Below, piece by piece: positions 37,594-46,914 of a stretch of 64,000 bases of DNA; within the stretch, counting starts at the first letter, position 1; each line of letters opens with the position of its first letter. The stretch is from Candidatus Rokuibacteriota bacterium (GTDB lineage Bacteria; Methylomirabilota; Methylomirabilia; Rokubacteriales; CSP1-6), in the NCBI GenBank assembly GCA_003220265.1, contig QHRW01000019.1, positions 1,043-65,042 of the forward strand. The letters are read 5' to 3'. Under the pieces are notes generated by a model. It did no database searches and was not told where the DNA came from. It saw nothing but the letters and a program-made list of their open reading frames with translations. The position numbers were made by a program, and so were the translations under genes.

Positions 37594-39900
37594 TCACGCC
37601 AGGGGGCCGAACGCCGGCGGCGGCACGCGCCGCCGCGACGCCGCCTCGTAGGCCGAGGCGATCTTCAGGAGCACGTCCTCCTTGCCGGGCTCGCAGCGGA
37701 AGACGAGCGCGAACGGCAGGCCCGGCTCCGGAATGGTCGTCGGAGTGCGGGACGGCGCGGGCACGTAGCGCGTGGCGTCGGGCGAGAGGACGAACACCGG
37801 GTCATACACGGTCGTCACGTAGCCCGCCGGCACCAGCACCTCGGTCAGGCCGGCGTTCGGACCGTAGAAGGACTCGCGGCTCAGATTGCTGGGGCCTCCG
37901 CGCGGCTGATGCGCGCCGCCGATCACGCCTGGCGGCCACGGCGTGTGCAGGCGGACCAGCGCGTCGAGGTTGTTTTCGAGAATCACCAGCATGTCGACGC
38001 GGCGGAGCAGCTCGCGCAGCATGATGCGCTCGTTCACGCCCTGGCGTCCGTCCAGCCGGTTGCGCGGGTCGGCAACCTCCTCCCAGTTCTCGAAGGCGGC
38101 GCGCCCGTCGTCGCCCCAGAACTTCGACCGCGCGTTGAGCTGCGCGAAGTCGACCAGGGTCTCCCGGAAGCCGCGAGCCTTCCAGTCCTCCGCCCGGCGC
38201 GTGAGGTACTGCGGCACCTGGAAGCGGAACGTCGGCGCCAGCTCCTGCTCCTGGATGGTGGCGATGTCGAGGTTGCTGGGCGGCTCGATCCGGCCCTCGG
38301 CCAGCTCGACGCAGTAGTCGATCGGCTTCAGCGGCCCGGTACCGAACACCCGGCCGGGCAGGAACTCGGTCGGCGCGATCGCGGCCGCGAACTCCTTGAA
38401 GACGGGCTGGCCGTCCGGCCCCAGCCGGAACAGGAGATCCGGCATGAACAGAGGGACGAGGCGGGCCAGCGCGCGCCGGAAGTCGACCTTCATGACCTCG
38501 AGATCGGGATCGGGGGTCCAGTTGGGATCGGTCGACTCGATCAGCGTCGCGGCCAGCCGGCCGCCGAGGATGGTTTTGATCTCGGCCGCGGCGGCGGTGA
38601 CGATGGGGACCTCGGTCAGGGAGTCGCGCGGGCGCACCATCGACTCGCGGATCACGCCGAGACGCATGCCGGCGAGCGCGCCGGGCGTGCCCGGCGTGGT
38701 GGCGTGGCTCGCGTAGCGCGTGGACAGGATCGAAGCGCGCGGCACGGTCGTGAACGGGTCGCGCGGATCGTAATAGCCCTGAACCGGATCCCGGAGCGCG
38801 TCGAGCACCTTGGCGCAATCCGCGAGGCCGCGGCAGAGGATGCCGGTGCGATCGCAGTAGATGTCGGCGCCGATCGCGCCGCCGACGAAGCCGAGCATGG
38901 CCTTGTGCGGCAGGATCAGCGCCACCGCGTTGTGGTTGGCGGGGCCGCGCGTGGAGGCGCGCGTTTCCTCGCCGAGGCTGGCCATGACGAGATTGGCGCT
39001 GACGGAGACCCCGGAGCCCGAGCTCGACCCGAGCGAGGCCGACCGGGTCGTGTCGTAGGGGTTGGCCGGATTGCCGGCCCAGCTGCTGCGCTGGTAGCCG
39101 AGCGTCGACGGCAGCACCGCGGTCGGCTGGTGCCGGCCGCCCGGGTTGCCGGCGCGGCCGTTGTACTCGGTGCTGACGGCCTTGGCGTAGACGATGGCGC
39201 CCTTGCTCCGGAGCTGCTCGACGAGGGCGTGATCGCGGGCGGGAAAGTCGATGTCGTAGGCGGCGTCGCCGCCGCTGGTGCTGCGCATGTCCTTCGTGTC
39301 GAACGGGTCCTTGAACGAGAACACGACGCCGTACATCGGCAGCTTCTCGAGATCGGGCTGGCGTCCGTAGGCCGCATCGAGCTCGGCGGCGCGCTCCAGC
39401 GCGTCCGGATAGTGGCGGAAGATGTCGCACACGGGCGGGGCGCCCTTCGGCAGCGGTCCTTTCGACGGGTGGAGATCGAAATCCCCGCGGCAGGTGACCG
39501 AGCGCTCGCCGCGGATGTTGAGCGTGGCCAGCGCGTTGAGCTGACGCCCGTTCGCGACGCCGACGATCATCCCGTACTGCTGCTGGACCGCCGGGTCCGA
39601 CGCAGTCGCCTCCATGCGACCGTACTCGAGCGGCTGGCCGCGGTAGCGGTCGAGATCGGGAAACAGCGTCGACGCGCGAACTGTCGCGGTCGGAAAGGAC
39701 AGCGGCGCGCCGGCCCGGACGGCGCCGGTCGCCGGCGCGACCGAGCGGCCGTCCGCGGTGACCAGCCGGCTGACCACCCCGTTATAGGCGCGCGCCCGCT
39801 CGAGATAGCGCTGGACGATCTGCACGCACGTGATCTGTCCCGACCTGATCGCCGCGTGCAGCTCGGCGATGGTCGCTTCCTCGAGACGGAACGGCCTCAC
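37594..39900 (-). CDS. amidase-signature family protein with long C-terminal extension
   Basis: 768 aa from GTG 39900 (GTGA overlap with the upstream stop). Amidase signature region SASLGSSSGSGVSVSANL. The 943-aa track ORF is over-extended. Confidence 0.8.
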   Translation of the reverse strand: MRPFRLEEATIAELHAAIRSGQITCVQIVQRYLERARAYNGVVSRLVTADGRSVAPATGAVRAGAPLSFPTATVRASTLFPDLDRYRGQPLEYGRMEATASDPAVQQQYGMIVGVANGRQLNALATLNIRGERSVTCRGDFDLHPSKGPLPKGAPPVCDIFRHYPDALERAAELDAAYGRQPDLEKLPMYGVVFSFKDPFDTKDMRSTSGGDAAYDIDFPARDHALVEQLRSKGAIVYAKAVSTEYNGRAGNPGGRHQPTAVLPSTLGYQRSSWAGNPANPYDTTRSASLGSSSGSGVSVSANLVMASLGEETRASTRGPANHNAVALILPHKAMLGFVGGAIGADIYCDRTGILCRGLADCAKVLDALRDPVQGYYDPRDPFTTVPRASILSTRYASHATTPGTPGALAGMRLGVIRESMVRPRDSLTEVPIVTAAAAEIKTILGGRLAATLIESTDPNWTPDPDLEVMKVDFRRALARLVPLFMPDLLFRLGPDGQPVFKEFAAAIAPTEFLPGRVFGTGPLKPIDYCVELAEGRIEPPSNLDIATIQEQELAPTFRFQVPQYLTRRAEDWKARGFRETLVDFAQLNARSKFWGDDGRAAFENWEEVADPRNRLDGRQGVNERIMLRELLRRVDMLVILENNLDALVRLHTPWPPGVIGGAHQPRGGPSNLSRESFYGPNAGLTEVLVPAGYVTTVYDPVFVLSPDATRYVPAPSRTPTTIPEPGLPFALVFRCEPGKEDVLLKIASAYEAASRRRVPPPAFGPLA

Positions 39901-40853
39901 GCCTTCAGCTGGCGCGCGATGAACGCCTTGACCATCTCCTGGGCGCGGGTCGTCTGCGGCCCGGGCTTGGCGACCCACTCGTGCTCGCTGTCCTCGAAGA
40001 TGGTCAGCTCGCACACGCCGCCGGCCGCCCGGTAGGTCGCGGCGAATTTCTCCTGCACGGCCGGCAGCACGTTGTCGTCGAGCGCGCCCTGCATGATCAG
40101 CATGGGCACCAGGGTGACCGGCTCGCGCCGCTCGAGAATCTCCTGCGGATTGCCCTCGTGGATCGTGGCCCACGGGTTGAAGTAGATCCGGTTGTTCTCG
40201 ATCATCGCCTCGCGCGTCATCTTCTCCGCCTGCTGGAAGCGCGCGTACGTGTCGCTGATCGGCGAGCGCGTCGCCACGTAGGCCACCGTCGCATCCAGGC
40301 TGGGCGCCGCGGCCAGCGGGATCGCGGCATAGCGCGGATCGCGCGGGCGCAGGGCGAGGAGCTGGGCGACGTGGCCGCCGCTGGAGCTGCCGTAGACGCC
40401 GAGCTTCGACGCATCGCCGTTCCACTCCGCGGCCCGGGATTTGAGCCAGCGCGCGCCGTAGTTCGCGTCCTGCACCGAGGCCGGGTACGGCGCCTCGTCG
40501 GAAAGTCTCAGATCGATGGCCACCACCAGCACGCCACTCGACGCGACCGCGCGGTCCATCGGCTCCTCGGCGAGCCGGTCCTTGCGGCGCCAGGCGCCGC
40601 CGTGCAGGTCGAGCACCGTCGGGAACGGCCCCGGACCTTGCGGTTGATAGATGCGGGCCATCAGCTGCCGCCCGGCCAGCGTGCGCCGGAAGTCCACCTC
40701 GCTGACCTTGAGCTCGAATTTCGCCGCGGGGTCGTACGACGTCTTCATTGCGGATCTCCCTTGCGCTTCGCCGGCCGCGATCGGTGAACCGACGGCGACC
40801 AGCGCGGTCAACTGCTTCAGAAATTCGCGGCGGTGAGTGCGCTCCGCGTCCAT
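39897..40853 (-). CDS. alpha/beta hydrolase (esterase/lipase fold-3 type), Tat-exported
   Basis: 318 aa. Signal HRREFLKQLTALVAVG. Oxyanion motif HGGAW. Nucleophile elbow GSSSGG. Confidence 0.85.
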   Translation of the reverse strand: MDAERTHRREFLKQLTALVAVGSPIAAGEAQGRSAMKTSYDPAAKFELKVSEVDFRRTLAGRQLMARIYQPQGPGPFPTVLDLHGGAWRRKDRLAEEPMDRAVASSGVLVVAIDLRLSDEAPYPASVQDANYGARWLKSRAAEWNGDASKLGVYGSSSGGHVAQLLALRPRDPRYAAIPLAAAPSLDATVAYVATRSPISDTYARFQQAEKMTREAMIENNRIYFNPWATIHEGNPQEILERREPVTLVPMLIMQGALDDNVLPAVQEKFAATYRAAGGVCELTIFEDSEHEWVAKPGPQTTRAQEMVKAFIARQLKA

Positions 40854-40863
40854 GCGAACCTCC

Positions 40864-41697
40864 TCAGCGAGCGGCGGGCCGCCTCCAGCCGAGCCAGTCC
40901 ACGATGGCGCCGCCCATCACACGCTCGAGGTCACGGCCCTTCAGCCACGGCAATTCTTCCGTGAACATCGTCACGCATTGCCGCCACGAGCACGGCATGC
41001 GGGTGATGTCGGTGCCCCAGAAGCAGCGGTCGGGCCCGAACGCCTCGAAGATCTGCCGCAGGTAGCCGTGGATGTTCTTGTACGGATAGGGCTGGCTCGA
41101 ATAGCTCGGCGCGCCCGACATCTTCACGCCCACGTTCGGAAATCTGGCGAGCGCCAGCATCTCCGGCAGGTCGGCGAAGGCCGCGTCGTCGGTGCCGCCG
41201 CGCCCGCCGCCCACGCGCCCGAGGTGATCGATGTGCAGCTTGAGGCCGGGATGGCGCTCGGCGATCGTCGCCAGCGCCGCCATGTGCCCGCCGGCCAGGA
41301 GCCCGACGGGCAGGCTCGCCTTCTCGCACGCCGCCCAGAACCAGTCGAGCGAGCCGTCGGTCCACCACGCCTGCTGATGCGGCTGGTTGAAGGTGAACCG
41401 GAATCCCAGCATGCCCGGCCGCTCGCGCCAGCGGGCCACGATCTTCTCGCGGTCCGGACTCTCGAGATCGAAGTGGCCGAGGATGCAGAACGTGTCGGGA
41501 TGCTGGCGCACCGCCTCGACGGCGAGCACGTTGACCGCCTCGCCGAGCGAGCTGGGCGGATGGATCACCGCGCCATCGACCCCGGCCGAGGCCATCTCGG
41601 CCAGCGCGTCGGCGGCCGAGTAGGTCGGGATCTGGCGGTGATGTGCGCTCATCTTGCCGTTCTGCCAGAGGTGGATCTGGGAATCGACGATCAGCAT
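40864..41697 (-). CDS. amidohydrolase-2 family protein
   Basis: 277 aa from an internal ATG with a GGGAGGAAG RBS. MLIVDSQIHLW metal-binding start. Confidence 0.85.
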   Translation of the reverse strand: MLIVDSQIHLWQNGKMSAHHRQIPTYSAADALAEMASAGVDGAVIHPPSSLGEAVNVLAVEAVRQHPDTFCILGHFDLESPDREKIVARWRERPGMLGFRFTFNQPHQQAWWTDGSLDWFWAACEKASLPVGLLAGGHMAALATIAERHPGLKLHIDHLGRVGGGRGGTDDAAFADLPEMLALARFPNVGVKMSGAPSYSSQPYPYKNIHGYLRQIFEAFGPDRCFWGTDITRMPCSWRQCVTMFTEELPWLKGRDLERVMGGAIVDWLGWRRPAAR

Positions 41698-42128
41698 GGC
41701 TTCCTCCCGTTGAGCGGGCGCATGAGCATCGCGATGGCGCGGGGCGCGTCGGCCGGCTGCAGCCCGTGGGCCGAGTCCGTCTGCACCAGGTGTGTCCGTA
41801 GCTCGCCCATGTCCACGTGATCGTCGATGATCACATAGCCGTCCACGGCATGCTCGGCGAGCCAGACGGCGATCTCCTCGCCCCTGGCCGCGCCCGGCGT
41901 GCCGGTCGGCGTCTTGTCCACGACGCGGCCGGTGAACCCCTGCGACTCCAGCATCACCTGCAGCTCGGCGACGGTCCTGCCGTAACGCAGGGTGGACGAG
42001 ACGACCACGTCGGCTCCGCCGCGCGTGACGATCTCGTTCAACACCTGCATGCACCCAGGGTCCAGATCGCCGTAGCGATCCCAGCGGCGGATCGGAGCCA
42101 GCACCCCGTCGATGTCGAGAAAGATCAC
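41691..42128 (-). CDS. stand-alone HAD-like hydrolase domain protein
   Basis: About 145 aa. Begins (V)IFLDIDGVL (DxD motif), then VVSSTLRY and YVIIDD. The GTG start is tentative. Confidence 0.6.
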   Translation of the reverse strand: MIFLDIDGVLAPIRRWDRYGDLDPGCMQVLNEIVTRGGADVVVSSTLRYGRTVAELQVMLESQGFTGRVVDKTPTGTPGAARGEEIAVWLAEHAVDGYVIIDDHVDMGELRTHLVQTDSAHGLQPADAPRAIAMLMRPLNGRKPC

Positions 42129-42145
42129 CCGTCGCGCGACGATCC

Positions 42146-43498
42146 TCAGCCTCCCAGGCCCTTGGCCACTCGCCGACGCCCGACAGTATAGTAGACGCCG
42201 ACCAGGAGCACGGCGGCCAGCGCGAGCGCGACCGACTGCATGAGCCACATGCCCGCGATGCCCCACGGAGGCCCCCAGAGCCCGCCGAAGGCGACGAGGT
42301 AGCCACCGGTCACCCCGAGGCCCCACAGCGCGGCGGCGTGGACCACGGTGGGCGCGATCGCCAGCCTGTAGGCCCGCAGCACGAAGCTCGCCACCGTTTG
42401 CAGGGCGTCGAAGAAGTGGAAGGCGGCGAGATAGGGGATGAGGGTCAGCGCCGTCGCGGCGACGGCGGGATCGCGCGTGTACAGGCGGACGATGCCGCCG
42501 CGCAGCGTCCACACCGCGAGCACCGTGACGGCGGCCACGAACGCGCCGATGCGCATTCCGGTCAGCGCGGTCTCGCGTGCCCGCCGGGGTTCACCGGCGC
42601 CGATGGCCTGGGCGGTGAGCGTGGCGGTGGCGACGGAGAGCGAGAGCGGGAGCATGAAGCAGAGCGCCGCCAGGTTGGCCACCACCTGATGGCCGCCCAT
42701 CACCGCGGTACCCAGGCGCGCGGCGAGCAGCGTGATGGCGGTGAACGAGGTCGCCTCGAGCGCGTAGGACACGCTCATGGGGACGCCGAGCTCGAGGATC
42801 TCGCGCAGCACCGGCCACCGTGGCCACGCCCGGTGGATGGCGAAGGCGTGATAGACCGGGCTGCGGTGCATGTAGCCGAAGCCCATCAGGAAGAGCGTCC
42901 AGAACACGATGGCCGATGCCACGGCGCCGCCCACCGCTCCCAGCCGGGGCAGGCCCAGGCCACCGAGAATGAGCAGGTAGCTGAGGCACACCTTGAGCCC
43001 GAGTCCGGCGAGCTGCAGCGTCATCACGACGTGCGGGCGCGACACGGCGGTGTTGACCGCGTAGATCGCGCGAAACATGAGCGCGCCGGGCAGCGCCAGG
43101 GCGAGGACACGGAGATAGCGCGCCACCTGCGCCTCGACCTCGGCCGGCGCGTGGAACCACGGGAGCCAGGAGCCCGCGAACAGCAGCGGGAGCATGCCGA
43201 GCGCGGCCAGGAACAGCGCCATCCACAGCCCTTGCACGTACGTCGCGCCGATCGCGGCGAGGCGGCCGCCGCCGAAGTGGTGGGCGACGATCGGGTTCAG
43301 CGCGCTGGTCGCGCCCATGAGGCCCACGAACACGGTCGAGTACACGCTCAGCCCGAGGCCCATCGTGGCCAGGTCCACGGACGAGGCGTGGCCACTGAGC
43401 ACGGTATCCACCACCGCAAACGCCATCCCGGCGAGCTGACCGATGAGGATCGGGCGCGCCTGACCCACGATGCCGCGGACGATGGACGCGCCTTGCAC
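42146..43498 (-). CDS. MATE family efflux transporter
   Basis: 450 aa, 12 TM. N-terminal ARPILIGQLAGMAFAVVDTVLSGH is typical of MATE/NorM proteins. Confidence 0.9.
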   Translation of the reverse strand: MQGASIVRGIVGQARPILIGQLAGMAFAVVDTVLSGHASSVDLATMGLGLSVYSTVFVGLMGATSALNPIVAHHFGGGRLAAIGATYVQGLWMALFLAALGMLPLLFAGSWLPWFHAPAEVEAQVARYLRVLALALPGALMFRAIYAVNTAVSRPHVVMTLQLAGLGLKVCLSYLLILGGLGLPRLGAVGGAVASAIVFWTLFLMGFGYMHRSPVYHAFAIHRAWPRWPVLREILELGVPMSVSYALEATSFTAITLLAARLGTAVMGGHQVVANLAALCFMLPLSLSVATATLTAQAIGAGEPRRARETALTGMRIGAFVAAVTVLAVWTLRGGIVRLYTRDPAVAATALTLIPYLAAFHFFDALQTVASFVLRAYRLAIAPTVVHAAALWGLGVTGGYLVAFGGLWGPPWGIAGMWLMQSVALALAAVLLVGVYYTVGRRRVAKGLGG

Positions 43499-43517
43499 CG
43501 TGCGCGACTATAGCGCG

Positions 43518-44324
43518 ATGACCCGCCGAGCCTGGAGGCCGCCGGCCGTGCTCGTGGCCATCGTCGCCCACCTGCTCGTGCTCGCGGACACTCCCCCCAC
43601 GCGCGCCGCGGAGATCGAGCCGGACCGTCCAGAGGTCACGGAGAGCGCGAGGCTCGTGCCCCGCGGGGCCGTGCAGCTCGAGTCGGGGCTGGTGTTCTCG
43701 CGCGAGCGCCGGGCCGGCCTCGCCGCGGAGAGGACCTTCGCGGCCGAGGCCGATCTGAGGATCGGCGTGGCGCGCCACGTCGAGCTGAACCTCGGCTGGC
43801 AACCGCTCGTCCGACTGCGGGGCTCCGAGAACGACACGGGAGCGGGCGACGTCGAGCTTGGTCTCCGCTATCGCTTCGTCGAGGGCTTCGAGGACGTGCC
43901 GTGGCCGCCCCACGTGGCGGTGAAGGTCTTCGCGAAGCTGCCGGTGGCCGACGAGCCGATCGGCAGCGGCCGCCCGGACTTCGGTGCGCTCCTGCTCGCC
44001 AGCTTCGAGCTCCCACTGGATCTCGAGCTGGAGGTCAACGTGGGCGGCGCGGCCCTCGGCCAGGCTCGAGGGGGCGGCTATCTCGCCCAGGCCATCGCCA
44101 CGGCCTCGCTCTCGCGCGATCTCGCGCCATCGCTGCTGGGGTTCCTCGAGCTCCTCTTCAACTCGCGCGACGAGCGCGCCGGCCGCGAGCAGCTGGCCGG
44201 CAACGTCGGCCTCGTCTACCGCCTCACCCGCTCGCTCGCGGTCGATGCCGGCGTTCAGACCTCGCTGCGCGGCCGGGGACCGGACTACGTCGTCCGCACG
44301 GGGCTGAGCGTGCTCTGGCGGTAG
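43518..44324 (+). CDS. outer-membrane beta-barrel protein (MetA-pathway/transporter-like)
   Basis: 268 aa from an internal ATG. Has a signal peptide and alternating beta-strand pattern. Begins IEPDRPEVTESARLVPRGAVQLESG. Confidence 0.6.
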   Translation: MTRRAWRPPAVLVAIVAHLLVLADTPPTRAAEIEPDRPEVTESARLVPRGAVQLESGLVFSRERRAGLAAERTFAAEADLRIGVARHVELNLGWQPLVRLRGSENDTGAGDVELGLRYRFVEGFEDVPWPPHVAVKVFAKLPVADEPIGSGRPDFGALLLASFELPLDLELEVNVGGAALGQARGGGYLAQAIATASLSRDLAPSLLGFLELLFNSRDERAGREQLAGNVGLVYRLTRSLAVDAGVQTSLRGRGPDYVVRTGLSVLWR

Positions 44325-44331
44325 GGCCGGC

Positions 44332-44796
44332 CTACTTGGCCACGGCCTCGCGCAGCTTCGCCAGCGCGGATCCGTAGACGTGCGCGGGCCGCACGACCAT
44401 CGCCACGCGCTGGTCGGCCGCCGCGATCCGATCGTACTGCGCCCAGTCCGCGCTGCGCCGCCGGGTGGTGGCGCTGAAGATGTGGCGGCGCGCCAGGCGG
44501 AGCGTCTCGGGGTCGCTGTTGCCGGAGTGGACGAGCTCGGCCCGGCCCTCGAAGACGAGGAATCCCGACCACCAGTCGGCGTGCGACACCAGCACGGAGC
44601 ACCGCGGGTCCCGCAAGAGGTTCTTGAACTTCGCCCGCGTCTCCGTGATGGAGATCCCGACGCCGCCGTCCCGCGGGTACACGGTGACGATGCTGAGCTG
44701 CGGCATGCCGTTGCGCCTGAACGAGGTCAGGACACCTTGCGGATTGTCGTGGAGGAACTGCTCGATCTGCGGCGGCAACGGGGTCGACGTCGGCAT
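44332..44796 (-). CDS. PPOX-class (pyridoxamine 5'-phosphate oxidase-like) probable F420-dependent enzyme
   Basis: 154 aa from an internal ATG. FLHDNPQGVLTSFRRNGMPQLSIV split-barrel N-terminus. Confidence 0.75.
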   Translation of the reverse strand: MPTSTPLPPQIEQFLHDNPQGVLTSFRRNGMPQLSIVTVYPRDGGVGISITETRAKFKNLLRDPRCSVLVSHADWWSGFLVFEGRAELVHSGNSDPETLRLARRHIFSATTRRRSADWAQYDRIAAADQRVAMVVRPAHVYGSALAKLREAVAK

Positions 44797-44803
44797 GGGC
44801 GGC

Positions 44804-46450
44804 CTACCGCAGCGCACCGCGATGAGAGAAGCGCGTCTCCTGGCTGGTGACGAACTCCAGCAGCGCCGCCTGCCCGCTGTCGGTCGCTTTGCGCGCTCGC
44901 GCGAAGGCGCCGGCGATGTCCTCGGGCTTCTCGACGCGCTCGCTCCAGCCGCCCATCGCGCGCCCCAGGTCCGCGTAGCGCCCGCCGATGTCGCGGGCGC
45001 CGTACTTGTCGTGCGAGACGACGAGGTGCGGGATCTCGATGGCCATGGCCGAGTTGTTGAGCACGACGGTGCAGATCGGAATCCCGCAGCGCACGGCCGT
45101 CTCGAAGTCGAGCCCGGTCATGCCGAAGGCGGCGTCGCCCATGAAGTTGACGCAGAACTTGTCGGGGGCGGCCAGCTTGGCGCCGATGGTGAGGCCGAGC
45201 CCGGTCCCGAGCGCGTGCGACTTGCCCCAGCCGAGATAGCTGCGCGGCGAGACGGCGCGGTAGAAGGGCAACAGCTGGTCGCGCGGGCTCCCCGAGTCGT
45301 GGGTGACGATGGCCTCGCGCGGGGCGACCGTGCGCATGAACTCGCTGATGACGCGATAGGGATTGATGGGGACCTCGGCCGAGCCGAGCGTCGCCTTCCA
45401 CTCGGCCAGCCAGGCCGCGCGCACGCTCTCGAGCTCGGCGCGCACGCTCTGCCGGCCGGCGGGGCGGCCGCCCTGGGCCTTGATGGCCTCGACGAACTGG
45501 CGCAGCACGAGTCGGGCGTCACCCAGCAGCGGGTAGTCGGCGGCGTAGTTCTTGTTGAGGTCGCGCTCGTCGTTGGTGGCGTGGATGAGCGTCTTGCCGG
45601 CCGGGATGCTCGCCGCCATGCCATGGCGCGTGAAGCTACAGCCGATGCCGAAGACGACGTCGGCCTCGCGCAGATACTGCAAGATCGGCCCGGAGACGGC
45701 CGGCCCGCCGGTGCCGAGCGCGAGCGGGTGATCCTCGGGGAACGCGCTCTTGGCTTCCATCGTCGTCATGACCGGCGCCTCGAGCAGATCGGCCAGCTCG
45801 AGCAGATCGCCCGACGCCTCGGCGTACAGCACGCCCTGCCCGGCGTGAATGACCGGCCGCCGCGCCTCGCGAAGTACCCGGGCGGCCGTCTCGACCTCGC
45901 GGGCGTTGGCGCCGGCCGCCGTCACCTTCACCGGCCGGTAGGCCTCGATCAGCGCGTCGGGGACCTCCTCGTTCACGAGGTCGGCGGGGATCTCGATCAT
46001 CACCGGGCCCGGGCGGCCCATGCGCATCAGGCTGATGGCCCGGCGCATGACGTCCGCGACCTGGCTGCCCACGGCGATGGTCTCGACGGCCTTGGTCACG
46101 GACGCGTACGTGCGCGCCGAGCTGAACAGCGGGAAGACCTGGGCGCGGTCGCGCGGATGCCCGAGCGGCAAGAGCAGCATCGGCGTGGAGTCGGAGTACG
46201 CGGTGGCCACGCCCGGGAAGGCGTTCTCGGCGCCGGGGCCGTATTGCATGCAGAAGACGGCGAGCGTCTTGCCGTTCTTCACCCGCGCATAGCCGTCGGC
46301 GATCCCCACGCCGACCCGTTCCTGGCGGCAGAGCACGGGCCGGATGTCGGCCTTGGCCGCGGCCTCGATCAGCGCGGTGGTGGGATAGGCGCTCAGGAAC
46401 TCCGTGCCTTCGATCTTCAGAATGCGCGCGAGGGCATCGACGACTTTCAC
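44804..46450 (-). CDS. thiamine-diphosphate-dependent enzyme (acetolactate-synthase-like)
   Basis: 548 aa from GTG 46450, which follows AAGGAG. ThDP motif GDAAFGMTGLDFETAVRCGIPICTVVLNN. Confidence 0.88.
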   Translation of the reverse strand: MKVVDALARILKIEGTEFLSAYPTTALIEAAAKADIRPVLCRQERVGVGIADGYARVKNGKTLAVFCMQYGPGAENAFPGVATAYSDSTPMLLLPLGHPRDRAQVFPLFSSARTYASVTKAVETIAVGSQVADVMRRAISLMRMGRPGPVMIEIPADLVNEEVPDALIEAYRPVKVTAAGANAREVETAARVLREARRPVIHAGQGVLYAEASGDLLELADLLEAPVMTTMEAKSAFPEDHPLALGTGGPAVSGPILQYLREADVVFGIGCSFTRHGMAASIPAGKTLIHATNDERDLNKNYAADYPLLGDARLVLRQFVEAIKAQGGRPAGRQSVRAELESVRAAWLAEWKATLGSAEVPINPYRVISEFMRTVAPREAIVTHDSGSPRDQLLPFYRAVSPRSYLGWGKSHALGTGLGLTIGAKLAAPDKFCVNFMGDAAFGMTGLDFETAVRCGIPICTVVLNNSAMAIEIPHLVVSHDKYGARDIGGRYADLGRAMGGWSERVEKPEDIAGAFARARKATDSGQAALLEFVTSQETRFSHRGALR

Positions 46451-46461
46451 GGCCGGCTCCT

Positions 46462-46899
46462 TTAGGGTTTGGGCTCCGCGATGAAGAGGGGGATCCGTCT
46501 CGTGGTCTTCGCTTGATACTCCTCGTACGGCGGATAGGCCGCGACGGCGAGCTTCCACAGCCGCGCCCGCCCGGCCGCGTCCTTGACCTCGCGGACATGC
46601 ATCGTCTGGACCGCCGCGTGGTCGCGGATCTCGACGGTGGGATTCACGCGCAGGTTATAGACCCACACGGGGTTGGTCGGCGCCCCTCCCATCGAGCCGA
46701 CGAGGACGTAGCTGGCGCCGTCCTTGACGCGCATCAGCGGCGTCTTGCGGACCGCGCCGGTCTTGTTGCCGGTGTGCGTGACGATGATCACCGGCAGCCC
46801 GGTGTCGCGGAGCGTCGTGCCTTCTCTTCCGCCGCTCCGCTCGTAGAGATCGACCTGGTCGCGCACCCATTGCCTGGGACTCGGAATGTAGTCGGACAT
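46462..46899 (-). CDS. deazaflavin (F420H2)-dependent nitroreductase family protein (DDN-like)
   Basis: 145 aa. GLPVIIVTHTGNKTGAVRKTPL and APTNPVWVYNLRVNP motifs. Confidence 0.8.
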   Translation of the reverse strand: MSDYIPSPRQWVRDQVDLYERSGGREGTTLRDTGLPVIIVTHTGNKTGAVRKTPLMRVKDGASYVLVGSMGGAPTNPVWVYNLRVNPTVEIRDHAAVQTMHVREVKDAAGRARLWKLAVAAYPPYEEYQAKTTRRIPLFIAEPKP

Positions 46900-46914
46900 C
46901 GTGATGGTCCTCCG

